A DNA stretch of 64,000 bases from Bacteroidota bacterium. Its GTDB lineage: Bacteria; Bacteroidota; Bacteroidia; Bacteroidales; FEN-979. This document shows, piece after piece, positions 20,614-29,926 of this stretch. The stretch's first letter is position 1; each line of letters opens with the position of its first letter. Both the position numbers and the translations under genes were made by a program. Location of the stretch: positions 12,036 through 76,035 of the forward strand of contig JBAXKG010000007.1 of NCBI GenBank assembly GCA_037137455.1, given 5' to 3'. The notes beneath the pieces were generated by a model. It made no database searches and was not told the origin of the DNA. It saw only the letters and a program-made list of their open reading frames with translations.

Positions 20614-22026
20614 TTATAATTTATTCAATTGATTTTTAATGATAGAGTACAATTCCTGCTGGTTGATTGGTTTGGATATATAGTCATCAAATCCGGCTTC
20701 AAGAAGCTTTTCTTTATCCCCGGCCATGGCATAAGCCGTTTGTGCTACGAAAGGGATTACCTTATATTCCTTCCATTTTTTTCTTATTTCCTGCATCAAA
20801 CGGATTCCGTCCCATGGAGGAGGAAGGTTTATATCAAAAAGCATAATGTCGAAGATTTTTCCATCCTTGTAAGTTTGCTCCATTATTTTCATTGTTTCAT
20901 CCCCATTGATTGATGTCACAACGTTACCAAGTGATTTTGTCATCTCGTACAGTACAATTTTGTTCATAAGGTCATCTTCGACAATGAAAATTTCGAGGCC
21001 TTGTAATGTTTTGAATTTTTGTTTTCGCGATGGTTCTTTTTTAAACTGATCATCTGTGCTTGCTTTTTCGGGAGGGAAAAAGATGGTGACAGTTGTGCCG
21101 ATCCCTTTAGCAGATTCGATATCAATTCGCCCCCGCATCAATTCCACAAGGCTTTTTGCCAGTGGCAATCCCAAGCCTGCACCTTGCGACTCATTAGAAT
21201 ATCCAAGGCTTTCCTGCCTGAATGGATCGAATATTACTGGCAGATAAGAAGGGTCAATACCTGTACCCGTATCTTTTACCCTGATACAGATCTCATCCTT
21301 TTCTTTAATAAATTCAGTCGAAACATTTATAAACCCATTTTGTGTAAATTTTATTGCATTTTCAACAATAGCGCTGATAACTTTAGTCAACCCTTTTTCA
21401 TCGACATATGCAGAAGGAACCTCATTGGTCTTTAAATTCAATTTCAGTTTTTGCTCGTTGGCTTTGAATATATATAACTGGGTTGCATTCGCCACGATAG
21501 TATTTATATCGCATGGTTTTAACATTACCTGCATATCGTTTGCCTCAAGTTTGCTGATATCAATGATATTGTTCAGCAAATGAAGCAACCTGTCACCACT
21601 TTCTGAAATAGCCCTTGCGTAATCAAATAATTCCTTGTTCTCAATCAATGATATTTCAGCTTCAAGCAAGCTTGAAAAACCTATGATGTTGTTTAACGGA
21701 GTACGGATTTCATGACTGATATTCGAAAGAAATGCATTCTTCATAAAGTTTGATTCCTCCGACCGTTTCAAAGCCCGTTTTAGGGTGAAATCAACTTTTT
21801 CGTCCGCTTCGTAGTCCTCCTTAATTGATCGTATTCTCTCCTGAACTGTCGTTTCAATCGATTCTTTAAGTTCTTCAATATGGGTAATTGTTTTATCAAG
21901 CTCGGCGCTCTTAGTTGCTAATAAATCAGATACTTGTCGATTTTTTTTGATGAATATAAAAACAAACGCCAGGCAAACGAAAAGTGCAAGAAGTAAAATA
22001 GATAATAAGATAATTGTACTTTGCAT
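20614..22026 (-). CDS. membrane-anchored hybrid histidine kinase (TM-coiled coil-HisKA-HATPase_c-REC)
   Basis: One N-terminal TM helix, then H-box [11 protein letters not shown], then ENAIKFT, DTGTGI and GAGLGLPL. The receiver reads [10 protein letters not shown]...MLFDINLP...SKPI. Confidence 0.9.
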   Translation of the reverse strand: MQSTIILLSILLLALFVCLAFVFIFIKKNRQVSDLLATKSAELDKTITHIEELKESIETTVQERIRSIKEDYEADEKVDFTLKRALKRSEESNFMKNAFLSNISHEIRTPLNNIIGFSSLLEAEISLIENKELFDYARAISESGDRLLHLLNNIIDISKLEANDMQVMLKPCDINTIVANATQLYIFKANEQKLKLNLKTNEVPSAYVDEKGLTKVISAIVENAIKFTQNGFINVSTEFIKEKDEICIRVKDTGTGIDPSYLPVIFDPFRQESLGYSNESQGAGLGLPLAKSLVELMRGRIDIESAKGIGTTVTIFFPPEKASTDDQFKKEPSRKQKFKTLQGLEIFIVEDDLMNKIVLYEMTKSLGNVVTSINGDETMKIMEQTYKDGKIFDIMLFDINLPPPWDGIRLMQEIRKKWKEYKVIPFVAQTAYAMAGDKEKLLEAGFDDYISKPINQQELYSIIKNQLNKL

Positions 22027-22034
22027 GCGGTTAG

Positions 22035-22841
22035 CTATTTATAAACAACATATAAATCTTCGTCAGGATTAATTGCATATTGATGAATATTGTCTAACCA
22101 TTTTTCTTTTGTCGGATTAAATATTTTTACAATAAAACCACCCTTTTCAAGACGGCTTTTATAATCCTGTCCATAAATTCGTACGTGATCAAACTGGCCA
22201 AAAACACGTTCCCGGGTCTCCGGATCAATTGCTGTCGGATCTTCAAAAGTTTTTTCTAATATTTTAGAAATCGGAACTTGCAGAATAGCCCATCCACCAG
22301 GTTTCAGTACACGGTAAAGTTCTCTGATAGCTAATGCATCATCAAGTATATGTTCAAGTACATGATTACAAATGATAACATCGAATGTTTCATCATCATA
22401 AGGGATGAATGTGATATCCAAAAGGTTGGTTTGACGCGCATAATAATAGCCTTCAAGATATTTTACACCCGGAACGTAGTTGACATTGGAAATAGAATCA
22501 AGTAATGCCCGTAAGCAACCTTCGGGGGCCACGTGAAATAATGTTACCGGTGAGGTGAAAATAGTCGACTTCTCATGAAGGTAAAGATATACAAGTCTGT
22601 CTCTGTCTAATGAGTAGCAACGAGGGCAAACATTGTTTTGCCTGTATCCGGCTCCAACAATCTGTTTCTCATAGAGTACAGGAAGATCCGATCCGCCAGG
22701 TAAGAACTTGCGAAATGATCTCTTGCAATAGGGACAATAATAGGAGTCACCGGAGTAAAAGAATCCACTGATTTTTTGATAACCACCCCTCAACTTCCTG
22801 CCAAGCCAAAAAGGTATCAGATTTTTTAATGCACTTTTCAT
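22035..22841 (-). CDS. class I SAM-dependent methyltransferase with N-terminal Cys4 zinc-ribbon
   Basis: CPYC...CPRC in the N-terminus. The methyltransferase core reads FDVIICNHVLEHILDD...LKPGGWAILQVP. Confidence 0.75.
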   Translation of the reverse strand: MKSALKNLIPFWLGRKLRGGYQKISGFFYSGDSYYCPYCKRSFRKFLPGGSDLPVLYEKQIVGAGYRQNNVCPRCYSLDRDRLVYLYLHEKSTIFTSPVTLFHVAPEGCLRALLDSISNVNYVPGVKYLEGYYYARQTNLLDITFIPYDDETFDVIICNHVLEHILDDALAIRELYRVLKPGGWAILQVPISKILEKTFEDPTAIDPETRERVFGQFDHVRIYGQDYKSRLEKGGFIVKIFNPTKEKWLDNIHQYAINPDEDLYVVYK

Positions 22842-22852
22842 AGCATTGAATT

Positions 22853-24547
22853 TTAATGGTTTATCTTTATTAGTTTTGCGGTATGTGAAATTGTACCGGA
22901 TTGAACAGAAAGTGTATATATTCCCGGAATTAAAAAATCTCCCCTGACGACAAATTTAAACTTTCCGGGCAGCATTTTTCCAGATTTTTTTGTTAATATA
23001 TTTTTTCCTTCACAATTAGCTATGCTTATCGTAATTTCTGACTGTTTTAATAGTACATACGATATGTTGAAATCACTATAAGAAGGATTGGGGAAGACCT
23101 TCAGCATTAATTCTTCGGAATTTTCATATTCTATTACATTGAGCAACGATGAATCCTGGCATTCGAACGCTCCGATGTCAAAAAACGAAGCAAACGGACG
23201 TACCCTGTTTGATAAATCGAAATTAAGATTAAACCCTTCAATAGCTGAAGCGCTATTTACAGCCGGTGAGCTACGTTTTAAATCATAGTTTCCTTCAGAA
23301 TGGTTGACAAAATCAACAGAAAAAATATCCAATGTTTTGATATTATTTGAAATAGTTATCTGTATCGATGGTGAACCCAGGTTGATATAGGCATTTTCGC
23401 CCTCTGAAGGAAAAGAGCCGGGGTTTACAATGATGTTGTTTGAAATGAAGTTCTTTGTGCTTTGGGTGTCATCAAACCGTATTCCATAGCTTTTTGGCGA
23501 GATGATCGTATTGAACAGGATTATATTTGTATTTGCCGGAGAAGTATATTCTGCCCCGATATATATTCCATACTTCAGGTAGGGAGAATAATTTTGGTCT
23601 GGTTTAAAGGTTGATCCCGCGTTAACTATTAAGTTGTTATAAATTTTTTGGATTCCCAGGGAAATTACTTCTATGCCATCGCCTTTCCCATCTTTAATGG
23701 TGTTGTTAAATATATTGCCCTGTGTTCCGCCCCCGACCATAATTCCCGACATTTGATAATAATATTCCGACTTGCTGTCACTCAAAATCACGTTGTCATA
23801 AATGTAACATCCTGAATCTGCCGAACTAACCTGGATGCCATCCCATCCGGTTTCCTGAACCACGTTGTTATAAATTTCGATGCCCCGCAAAAGGTGAGGC
23901 AGAACAGTTGTATCTGTACTACCGCAACTTATCGTCTGCCCTTTGTACTTTGAACTGCCCAGATACATTCCTTCATACATGATATCATGAATAAAGGTAT
24001 CGTGGATTTTTAAATTTCTAAGGGTGAATTTTTCACGGGTCGATGTAAACTGGCAGTTTGGATCAGTTTTGGCAATTATTCCACTTTGGCCTGTGTTGCT
24101 GATTTCCACCCTTTCGATCTCAATATCTGTACTTAAACCGTCTACTGAAAGACCAACCCCCGCCGGGCTATCAACTAATATCCCGTACTGCAATGCATCA
24201 ACTCCCGCACCAGAGAATTTAAGGTAGGAGCAGGAATCAAATTTAACGCCATAAATAGAACTTTCAAGAATCGAAACCAATCCATCGGTATTTTGAATGA
24301 CTATGGGGTTTAATTTTGTACCATGCAGGTACGTTACAAGCAAAAAGAATTTTTGTCCTTTTTGCAGACAGATCGTATCACCTGGTCTGACACCGGATGC
24401 ATTTGTTTGGCCATTGATAATAGTTACTGTTGAATCGAATTGGAATTTGCAATTCCTGGTCTGAGTAAACCCGGTACAGGCAGTCATCATCAGTACGATA
24501 CCCGTTGAAATCGTTATAAATGTTCGGAAAATGAACATATTTATCAT
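22853..24547 (-). CDS. secreted right-handed parallel beta-helix protein with T9SS type A sorting domain
   Basis: Signal peptide. It has many repeats of the NN(V/I)I.....GI type (YNNVVQETGWDGIQV, IYDNVILSD, FNNTIKDGKGDGIEV, YNNLIVNAG). The C-terminal KVFPNPSYSDFNISY...GIYTLSV is the sorting domain. Confidence 0.75.
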   Translation of the reverse strand: MINMFIFRTFITISTGIVLMMTACTGFTQTRNCKFQFDSTVTIINGQTNASGVRPGDTICLQKGQKFFLLVTYLHGTKLNPIVIQNTDGLVSILESSIYGVKFDSCSYLKFSGAGVDALQYGILVDSPAGVGLSVDGLSTDIEIERVEISNTGQSGIIAKTDPNCQFTSTREKFTLRNLKIHDTFIHDIMYEGMYLGSSKYKGQTISCGSTDTTVLPHLLRGIEIYNNVVQETGWDGIQVSSADSGCYIYDNVILSDSKSEYYYQMSGIMVGGGTQGNIFNNTIKDGKGDGIEVISLGIQKIYNNLIVNAGSTFKPDQNYSPYLKYGIYIGAEYTSPANTNIILFNTIISPKSYGIRFDDTQSTKNFISNNIIVNPGSFPSEGENAYINLGSPSIQITISNNIKTLDIFSVDFVNHSEGNYDLKRSSPAVNSASAIEGFNLNFDLSNRVRPFASFFDIGAFECQDSSLLNVIEYENSEELMLKVFPNPSYSDFNISYVLLKQSEITISIANCEGKNILTKKSGKMLPGKFKFVVRGDFLIPGIYTLSVQSGTISHTAKLIKINH

Positions 24548-24557
24548 ATTGCTTCAG

Positions 24558-25739
24558 TTATCCTCTTTTCGCACGTTCCCAATTAACAGATTGTTGTTTT
24601 TTTATATATCTGAAAAAGCCCAGATAGACTGCAAGGTTCATAATAAAGAAATAATATGGAACGTAAAATATTTTAATCTTAATTTTTCTTTCTTCAAGGT
24701 ACCACCCCAATATAGTAATGGTATAAAAAAGAATTTGTCCCCAGAAAAACCATGTATAAATATTTGAAAAATCAAAGATGCCGGTTAAAAACGAGATAGC
24801 CAGATTGCACAAAAAAATAATTGGCAAACCTAAAGGAGCAAGTGTCCAACGCAACACGCGATGTGAGATATACTGAAATGAAAGAATACCGTATTTGAAA
24901 GGATTCAGCAGCTCTTTTAGCCTGATTATTGACTGGATACCTCCTGCTGAGATTCTTATTTTACGCTTTAGTTCTTCTTTTACGTTGGCAGAAGGATTTT
25001 CGATGGCATAAGCTTCAGGGTCATATTGTATTATATATCCCTGTTCGGCAATTCGAAGGGAGATAATAAAGTCGTCAAGTAAAGTGTCTTTTTCAATCGG
25101 ACTAAACAGTTCAGTTCGTAGGGCAAATAATTCTCCTGCGGCGCCCACTACTGAGTACAACCGGGCATCCAACTGTTTCAGTTTCGACTCATACTTCCAG
25201 TAAATGCCCTCAGTGGCCGCGGAAGTGTTTTTTAAGAAAATACGTTTTTCCCCTGAAACGCAACCAACCTTAGGATTTCTGAAGAGTTTGACAATCCGGC
25301 GAATGGATTCACTTCCGAGCATAGTATTCCCATCCGAAAAAATCACAACCGGTGTCTTAACGAATTTCATCCCACGGTTCATTGCAGCAATTTTACCGGC
25401 ACGTTCAGGTTGATGATAAACTTCAACCCCTTCGTATTTGCGCAATAAATCAGGTGTTCCGTCATCTGATCCATCGGTAATCCAAACGTACCTGACTTTT
25501 TCCTTCGGATAATCCAATGAAAAGGAATTTTTAAGTTTCAGATCAACAAAATCTTTTTCGTTAAAGGCTGTAACAAATAAAGTCACTTCTGGCTCATAAT
25601 CTTCTATTTCCACCATGATATCTTTTTTTGCAAACATCTCCTTCATTTTAACCAGGAGAAGCAGTAAAATGCCATATCCGATATATGAATAAAAAACCAA
25701 CAGCAGAAAAGTCCAAAAAATAATTTTTAGTGTGACCAT
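24558..25739 (-). CDS. membrane glycosyltransferase family 2 (synthase-like topology)
   Basis: N-terminal TM helix, a GT-A core (VTLFVTAFNEKD...ITDGSDDGT...FSDGNTM), and 3-4 C-terminal TM helices. Confidence 0.8.
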   Translation of the reverse strand: MVTLKIIFWTFLLLVFYSYIGYGILLLLLVKMKEMFAKKDIMVEIEDYEPEVTLFVTAFNEKDFVDLKLKNSFSLDYPKEKVRYVWITDGSDDGTPDLLRKYEGVEVYHQPERAGKIAAMNRGMKFVKTPVVIFSDGNTMLGSESIRRIVKLFRNPKVGCVSGEKRIFLKNTSAATEGIYWKYESKLKQLDARLYSVVGAAGELFALRTELFSPIEKDTLLDDFIISLRIAEQGYIIQYDPEAYAIENPSANVKEELKRKIRISAGGIQSIIRLKELLNPFKYGILSFQYISHRVLRWTLAPLGLPIIFLCNLAISFLTGIFDFSNIYTWFFWGQILFYTITILGWYLEERKIKIKIFYVPYYFFIMNLAVYLGFFRYIKKQQSVNWERAKRG

Positions 25740-25741
25740 CG

Positions 25742-27565
25742 TTATTTCCTTTCCCAGGCTTTAGTTTCTGCATTATATTGCTTTAACAGTTTGGCAGGGT
25801 TACCACCAACGATGGAGTATGGTGGTACGCTTTTCGTAACGATGCTGCCTGCAGCTATTACTGAATGTTTTCCGATTCTCACTCCGGCAACAATAACTGC
25901 ATTTGCGCCAATCCAAACCTCGTCCTCGACCACTATTTCAGCCATGGTTGTTTTTTGTTTGCTTGGAGGAATATCAATATCTTCATATCCATGATTTAAC
26001 CCTGAAAGCACAATATTTTGGGCAAACATAATATCATTCCCAATTGTTACCGGCCCAATTATCACGTTGCTCATTCCGATTCGTGTACGGTCGCCAATAA
26101 TTACATGGCCGACGCCATTATTTATCGTTGAAAAATCCTCAATGGTCGAATCATTTCCGATTCTGAAATCATTAAATGGGAAAACATCCATCCTCGTTCG
26201 CCGGCGTATTGTTGAATGCTTTCCCTTTTTATGCTTGATTGGGTTTATAAACAACTTTACCCAAAGCCTGGGGCGTGCCTGATTATTTGGAATGAGCATC
26301 CAGAGCAGGAATTTTTTAATTCTGGGATTTGACTTGAGTTTTGAAAGTAATGACCCTGAATTTTGCTCTTTAGGTTGGGGAGAGCTGCTTTTAACGAGTT
26401 CCATTGCTGAGTATATTTCATTGGCATTGGCTTCCCAGGTATGCCCGCGGGCAAATTTCTCACGCGATTTGGCTAGTTCAGGCGTGTTTTCTTTCATAGC
26501 ACGTTCGACCAGCGACAAATATTCTTCCTTTGTATTTGCCAGGTAGGTGAAGTCTTCAAATACCTGCATTGCCTCTGTCCTGGTTGCAACAACAGGCTTA
26601 CCCATTGAAAGGTATTCATCAATTTTCCGGGGATAATTCCCGATTGTTACTTCATTAAGAATCTGCGGGTTGATAGCAACGTCAAATGTAGATAAGTACA
26701 AGGGCAATTCTGACGGTTTTTTACTTCCAAGAAAATGGACGTTGCTCAACTGATGCAGTTCGCTATTTTTAAAGTTATCATCTTCTGGTCCAACAAGAAC
26801 GATTGACCATTCGGGGCGCTGTTTTGCAAGGTGAGTAATAATTTCAATATCCAACCGAAGGGTAAAAAGAGCACCGATATAGCCAATAACAGGCTTTTTA
26901 ATTTTCTGAATATCTTCAGGAACTGATTCGATCAGGTTCATATCGAAGGCACTCACATCGCAGCCCTGGCCTACATAATAGGATTGGGGGTTGAACTTTT
27001 TGAGGTACTTTGCCAGATAAACAGAATTGGCAACGGCGAGATCGGATTTACGGATTAGTTCAGCCTCAATTCGTATACCCTGAGTCTTCCACCAATCAAC
27101 AGCAATCATATTATCGCGTGAATAATAGATATACATATCCGGTCTTAAATATTCTTTCAGATAAAAACTTCTGAACATATCGCTGTCATTGAAAATAATG
27201 AAATTTTTGAATCCGAGTTTCTCAATGGCCCATGAAATTTGCTTTGCGAATCGCTTGTTATTTATTTTGTTAAAGAAATCGAATAAAGAATTATAAGGAA
27301 TCTGACTAATTGATTCAAGCATAGTTCTTGGATAAAAACTCCATAAATTATCCTGAATTTTTATCAGATTTTCCAGTTCCCCTTTGAGCATTTTTTTCCT
27401 TTTATGCAGTTTCGGGTCGTTTCGCTCTCTGTAAGCTGTTAACCGGTCCATAGGGTAGTTCACGTAAAGAACCCGATTATGTTTTGCAAATTCAAGAGCA
27501 AGATTGATGCAGTTGCTTCCAATGTCACTATCAAAAGCCTGTAACCCGGTTATTACAATATCCAT
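25742..27565 (-). CDS. fusion protein: GT1/GT4-type glycosyltransferase plus C-terminal left-handed beta-helix (hexapeptide) O-acetyltransferase
   Basis: The ATG at 27565 (MDIVITG...) avoids overlap with the upstream gene. The GT-B C-terminal part reads GKPVVATRTEAM. About 170 C-terminal residues carry hexapeptide repeats (IGDRTRIGMSNVIIGPVTIGNDIMFAQNIVL...VWIGANAVIVAGVRIGKHSVIAAGSIV...GGNPAK). Confidence 0.8.
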   Translation of the reverse strand: MDIVITGLQAFDSDIGSNCINLALEFAKHNRVLYVNYPMDRLTAYRERNDPKLHKRKKMLKGELENLIKIQDNLWSFYPRTMLESISQIPYNSLFDFFNKINNKRFAKQISWAIEKLGFKNFIIFNDSDMFRSFYLKEYLRPDMYIYYSRDNMIAVDWWKTQGIRIEAELIRKSDLAVANSVYLAKYLKKFNPQSYYVGQGCDVSAFDMNLIESVPEDIQKIKKPVIGYIGALFTLRLDIEIITHLAKQRPEWSIVLVGPEDDNFKNSELHQLSNVHFLGSKKPSELPLYLSTFDVAINPQILNEVTIGNYPRKIDEYLSMGKPVVATRTEAMQVFEDFTYLANTKEEYLSLVERAMKENTPELAKSREKFARGHTWEANANEIYSAMELVKSSSPQPKEQNSGSLLSKLKSNPRIKKFLLWMLIPNNQARPRLWVKLFINPIKHKKGKHSTIRRRTRMDVFPFNDFRIGNDSTIEDFSTINNGVGHVIIGDRTRIGMSNVIIGPVTIGNDIMFAQNIVLSGLNHGYEDIDIPPSKQKTTMAEIVVEDEVWIGANAVIVAGVRIGKHSVIAAGSIVTKSVPPYSIVGGNPAKLLKQYNAETKAWERK

Positions 27566-27587
27566 ATTATCTGATTTTTCAATTATA

Positions 27588-28724
27588 TCATTTTTTTTCA
27601 ACTTCCAGATAAAGGTTGAGCACGTTTTCAGCCATAGTTTTCCATGAAAACCTGCGTGCGTTCTCAAATCCTTTCAAAATAAGTGTGTCGCAAAGAGATT
27701 TGTCTGAAAGAAGTCTTTTCATGGAAGCAGTTATCTCTTCGGGTTTAAATGGGTCAATGAATAATGCCGCCTCTCCGCCGACCTCTGGCATGGAACTCGT
27801 GTTAGATGTTATTACAGGAATCCCACAGGCCATTGCCTCCAGCATGGGGATGCCAAAACTTTCGCGAAGTGAAGGATAGAGGAAAATCGTACTCAGTGAA
27901 TACAATGCAGGCAATTCATTATTGGGCACATAACCTGTGAGTTTAATGTAATCATTCAGGGCCGTATCACCTATTTCGCTGATGATTTTATTTAGCTCAT
28001 TCCGATCAAAATCAAGCATGACCAGGGGAATTTTTTCTTCTGAGGAATTGAGAAAAAGTGAAAGCGCTTTAAGTACTCCGGGCGTATTCTTTTTAGGATC
28101 GGTGTTGCCAAAGAAGAAGAAAAATTTATCTGGCAGATTATACTTGGTTTTTATCTGGCTCAGATATTCTTTATCGGAAATTGGTTTGAAATGTTCACTA
28201 ACACCATTATATATTGCTTTCAGCTTTTGATCATCCACATGAAAAAAATCACCAATACGTTTTTTTTCAAACTCGGAAACAGTAATGATCCTGGCGCTTT
28301 TTCGAACAACTTGTGGAACGACAAATCTTCGGTACATGTTGCCGAATTTCTGATAAGGAGTGAATCCTTTTTTCAAAACACTCAGGCTTTCCATGTAAAT
28401 TATGTCGTGTAATGTGATAATAAGTGGAACAGAAGTGAAAACAGGAGCTGTATTGCTGGTACAATGCAGGATATCGCAGTTGGCTTTTTTTGCGGCAGCA
28501 GGCAGGTTAATCTGCTCCCAAATGGGATAAGGCGCCTCGGCCACCTCCACAATATTGAAATTTGGAGTACTGTCGAGACAACGGTCGACATCATTTTTCA
28601 CAAAAACGAAAAATTCATTTGTTTTATCAATTTTCTGCAGGTTTCTGATTAATTCCAGGGCAACCATATCCATTCCATGTTTTTTTTGACGGAAAAGCCG
28701 TTGACCTTCAATTCCAATTTTCAT
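27588..28724 (-). CDS. glycosyltransferase family 1 (GT4-type)
   Basis: RESFGIPMLEAMACGIPVITSNTSSMPEVGGEAALFIDP is the canonical GT-B E-x7-E region. Confidence 0.9.
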   Translation of the reverse strand: MKIGIEGQRLFRQKKHGMDMVALELIRNLQKIDKTNEFFVFVKNDVDRCLDSTPNFNIVEVAEAPYPIWEQINLPAAAKKANCDILHCTSNTAPVFTSVPLIITLHDIIYMESLSVLKKGFTPYQKFGNMYRRFVVPQVVRKSARIITVSEFEKKRIGDFFHVDDQKLKAIYNGVSEHFKPISDKEYLSQIKTKYNLPDKFFFFFGNTDPKKNTPGVLKALSLFLNSSEEKIPLVMLDFDRNELNKIISEIGDTALNDYIKLTGYVPNNELPALYSLSTIFLYPSLRESFGIPMLEAMACGIPVITSNTSSMPEVGGEAALFIDPFKPEEITASMKRLLSDKSLCDTLILKGFENARRFSWKTMAENVLNLYLEVEKK

Positions 28725-29926
28725 CTTCCTGGTTTTGTTTGGTTACCATTACTATAACTGTGTTCTGTATGAATGAATTCTTTGTTGCCACCTCTTAATT
28801 TTAAAAGTATGAGTATCATCAGGAAGAAAACTTTCGGAAACGAAATCAGTGCTTTGAGGGTTTTGATGGTATAGAATTTTTTTGGAATTGATATGAGCAG
28901 GGTAAAAATAATCATGATTAAAATACCTAACCAGCAATATTGAAAATTCGGATTTGGTACAAAAAGGTTCAGAATGTTTAGTATAAAAAGTACCCCAAAA
29001 AGCATAGCGCGCGGAGGTAAGGAGAATTGCAGGGTTTTATCAAAGTAATCAAAGTTACGATGGGCGAGTAAATGCCATATCGAAACAATAAAATCCCTTC
29101 CAAAAAAGTAAAATTGTGCGTACATCCAACGTTTACGTTGTTTGTAAAAAACATGTGCATTCTGAACTTTTTCGTCCAATACGTAAGCATCCTGAAGATA
29201 TTCAATTTTCACTTTTTCGCGAAGAATGATAAGTTCAAGTTCTTTGTCAAAGCCCCCGATCGCACTTAGTTGCGGGATATATTTCCTGAACAGGAGTGCA
29301 TCGAAAACCATCGCTGAGCCTATCAGTGCAGATGAGATGCCAAGAGCACGATGACCACTCCTGAAAATATTATTATTGACCTCTTCGCTTATTGCATCGA
29401 GGAGGGCAAATGAAGTATTTGTGTTTTTGGCAATCCTGTGGCATTGAATTACTTTAAAGGAAGATTCAAAAGCCATATTTATTTTAGATAAAAAATGATC
29501 TTCCATAATGTTATCGGCATCAAGCACGAGAACCAGATCAGTTTGATCGGGGAGATAATTGAGTGAAATTTGCAGTGATTTAGCTTTGGTGCTGAATTCA
29601 AAATGTGCTTCAACAAGTTCTATTGGTAATAATTTCAAGGCTTGCAAAGTTTCTGTTTGAAAGGAATCAGCTACTACGATCACACGAAAAGAATCAGTTG
29701 GATAATCCTGATTCAGCGCCGACATAACTACATCAACAATCACGGGATCTTCTTTAAATGCCGGAATGACAATACTTATATGACGATTCCGCGATATTGG
29801 AAAAACATTATCCTTCTTATTAAAAAATCCTGCAAAAGCGTAGATCAATAAATAGAATGTTGCTCCACCAAAATATGCCAATATCAGAATCTGTAATATA
29901 TCCAAAATTGATTGAAATGAATTCAT
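28721..29926 (-). CDS. membrane GT2 with processive-synthase-type Q-x-x-R-W motif (paralogue A)
   Basis: SIVIPAFKED..., LDADNIM, the motif YKQRKRWMYAQ, and flanking TM helices. By eye it is roughly 45-50% identical to the next gene. Confidence 0.8.
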   Translation of the reverse strand: MNSFQSILDILQILILAYFGGATFYLLIYAFAGFFNKKDNVFPISRNRHISIVIPAFKEDPVIVDVVMSALNQDYPTDSFRVIVVADSFQTETLQALKLLPIELVEAHFEFSTKAKSLQISLNYLPDQTDLVLVLDADNIMEDHFLSKINMAFESSFKVIQCHRIAKNTNTSFALLDAISEEVNNNIFRSGHRALGISSALIGSAMVFDALLFRKYIPQLSAIGGFDKELELIILREKVKIEYLQDAYVLDEKVQNAHVFYKQRKRWMYAQFYFFGRDFIVSIWHLLAHRNFDYFDKTLQFSLPPRAMLFGVLFILNILNLFVPNPNFQYCWLGILIMIIFTLLISIPKKFYTIKTLKALISFPKVFFLMILILLKLRGGNKEFIHTEHSYSNGNQTKPGR

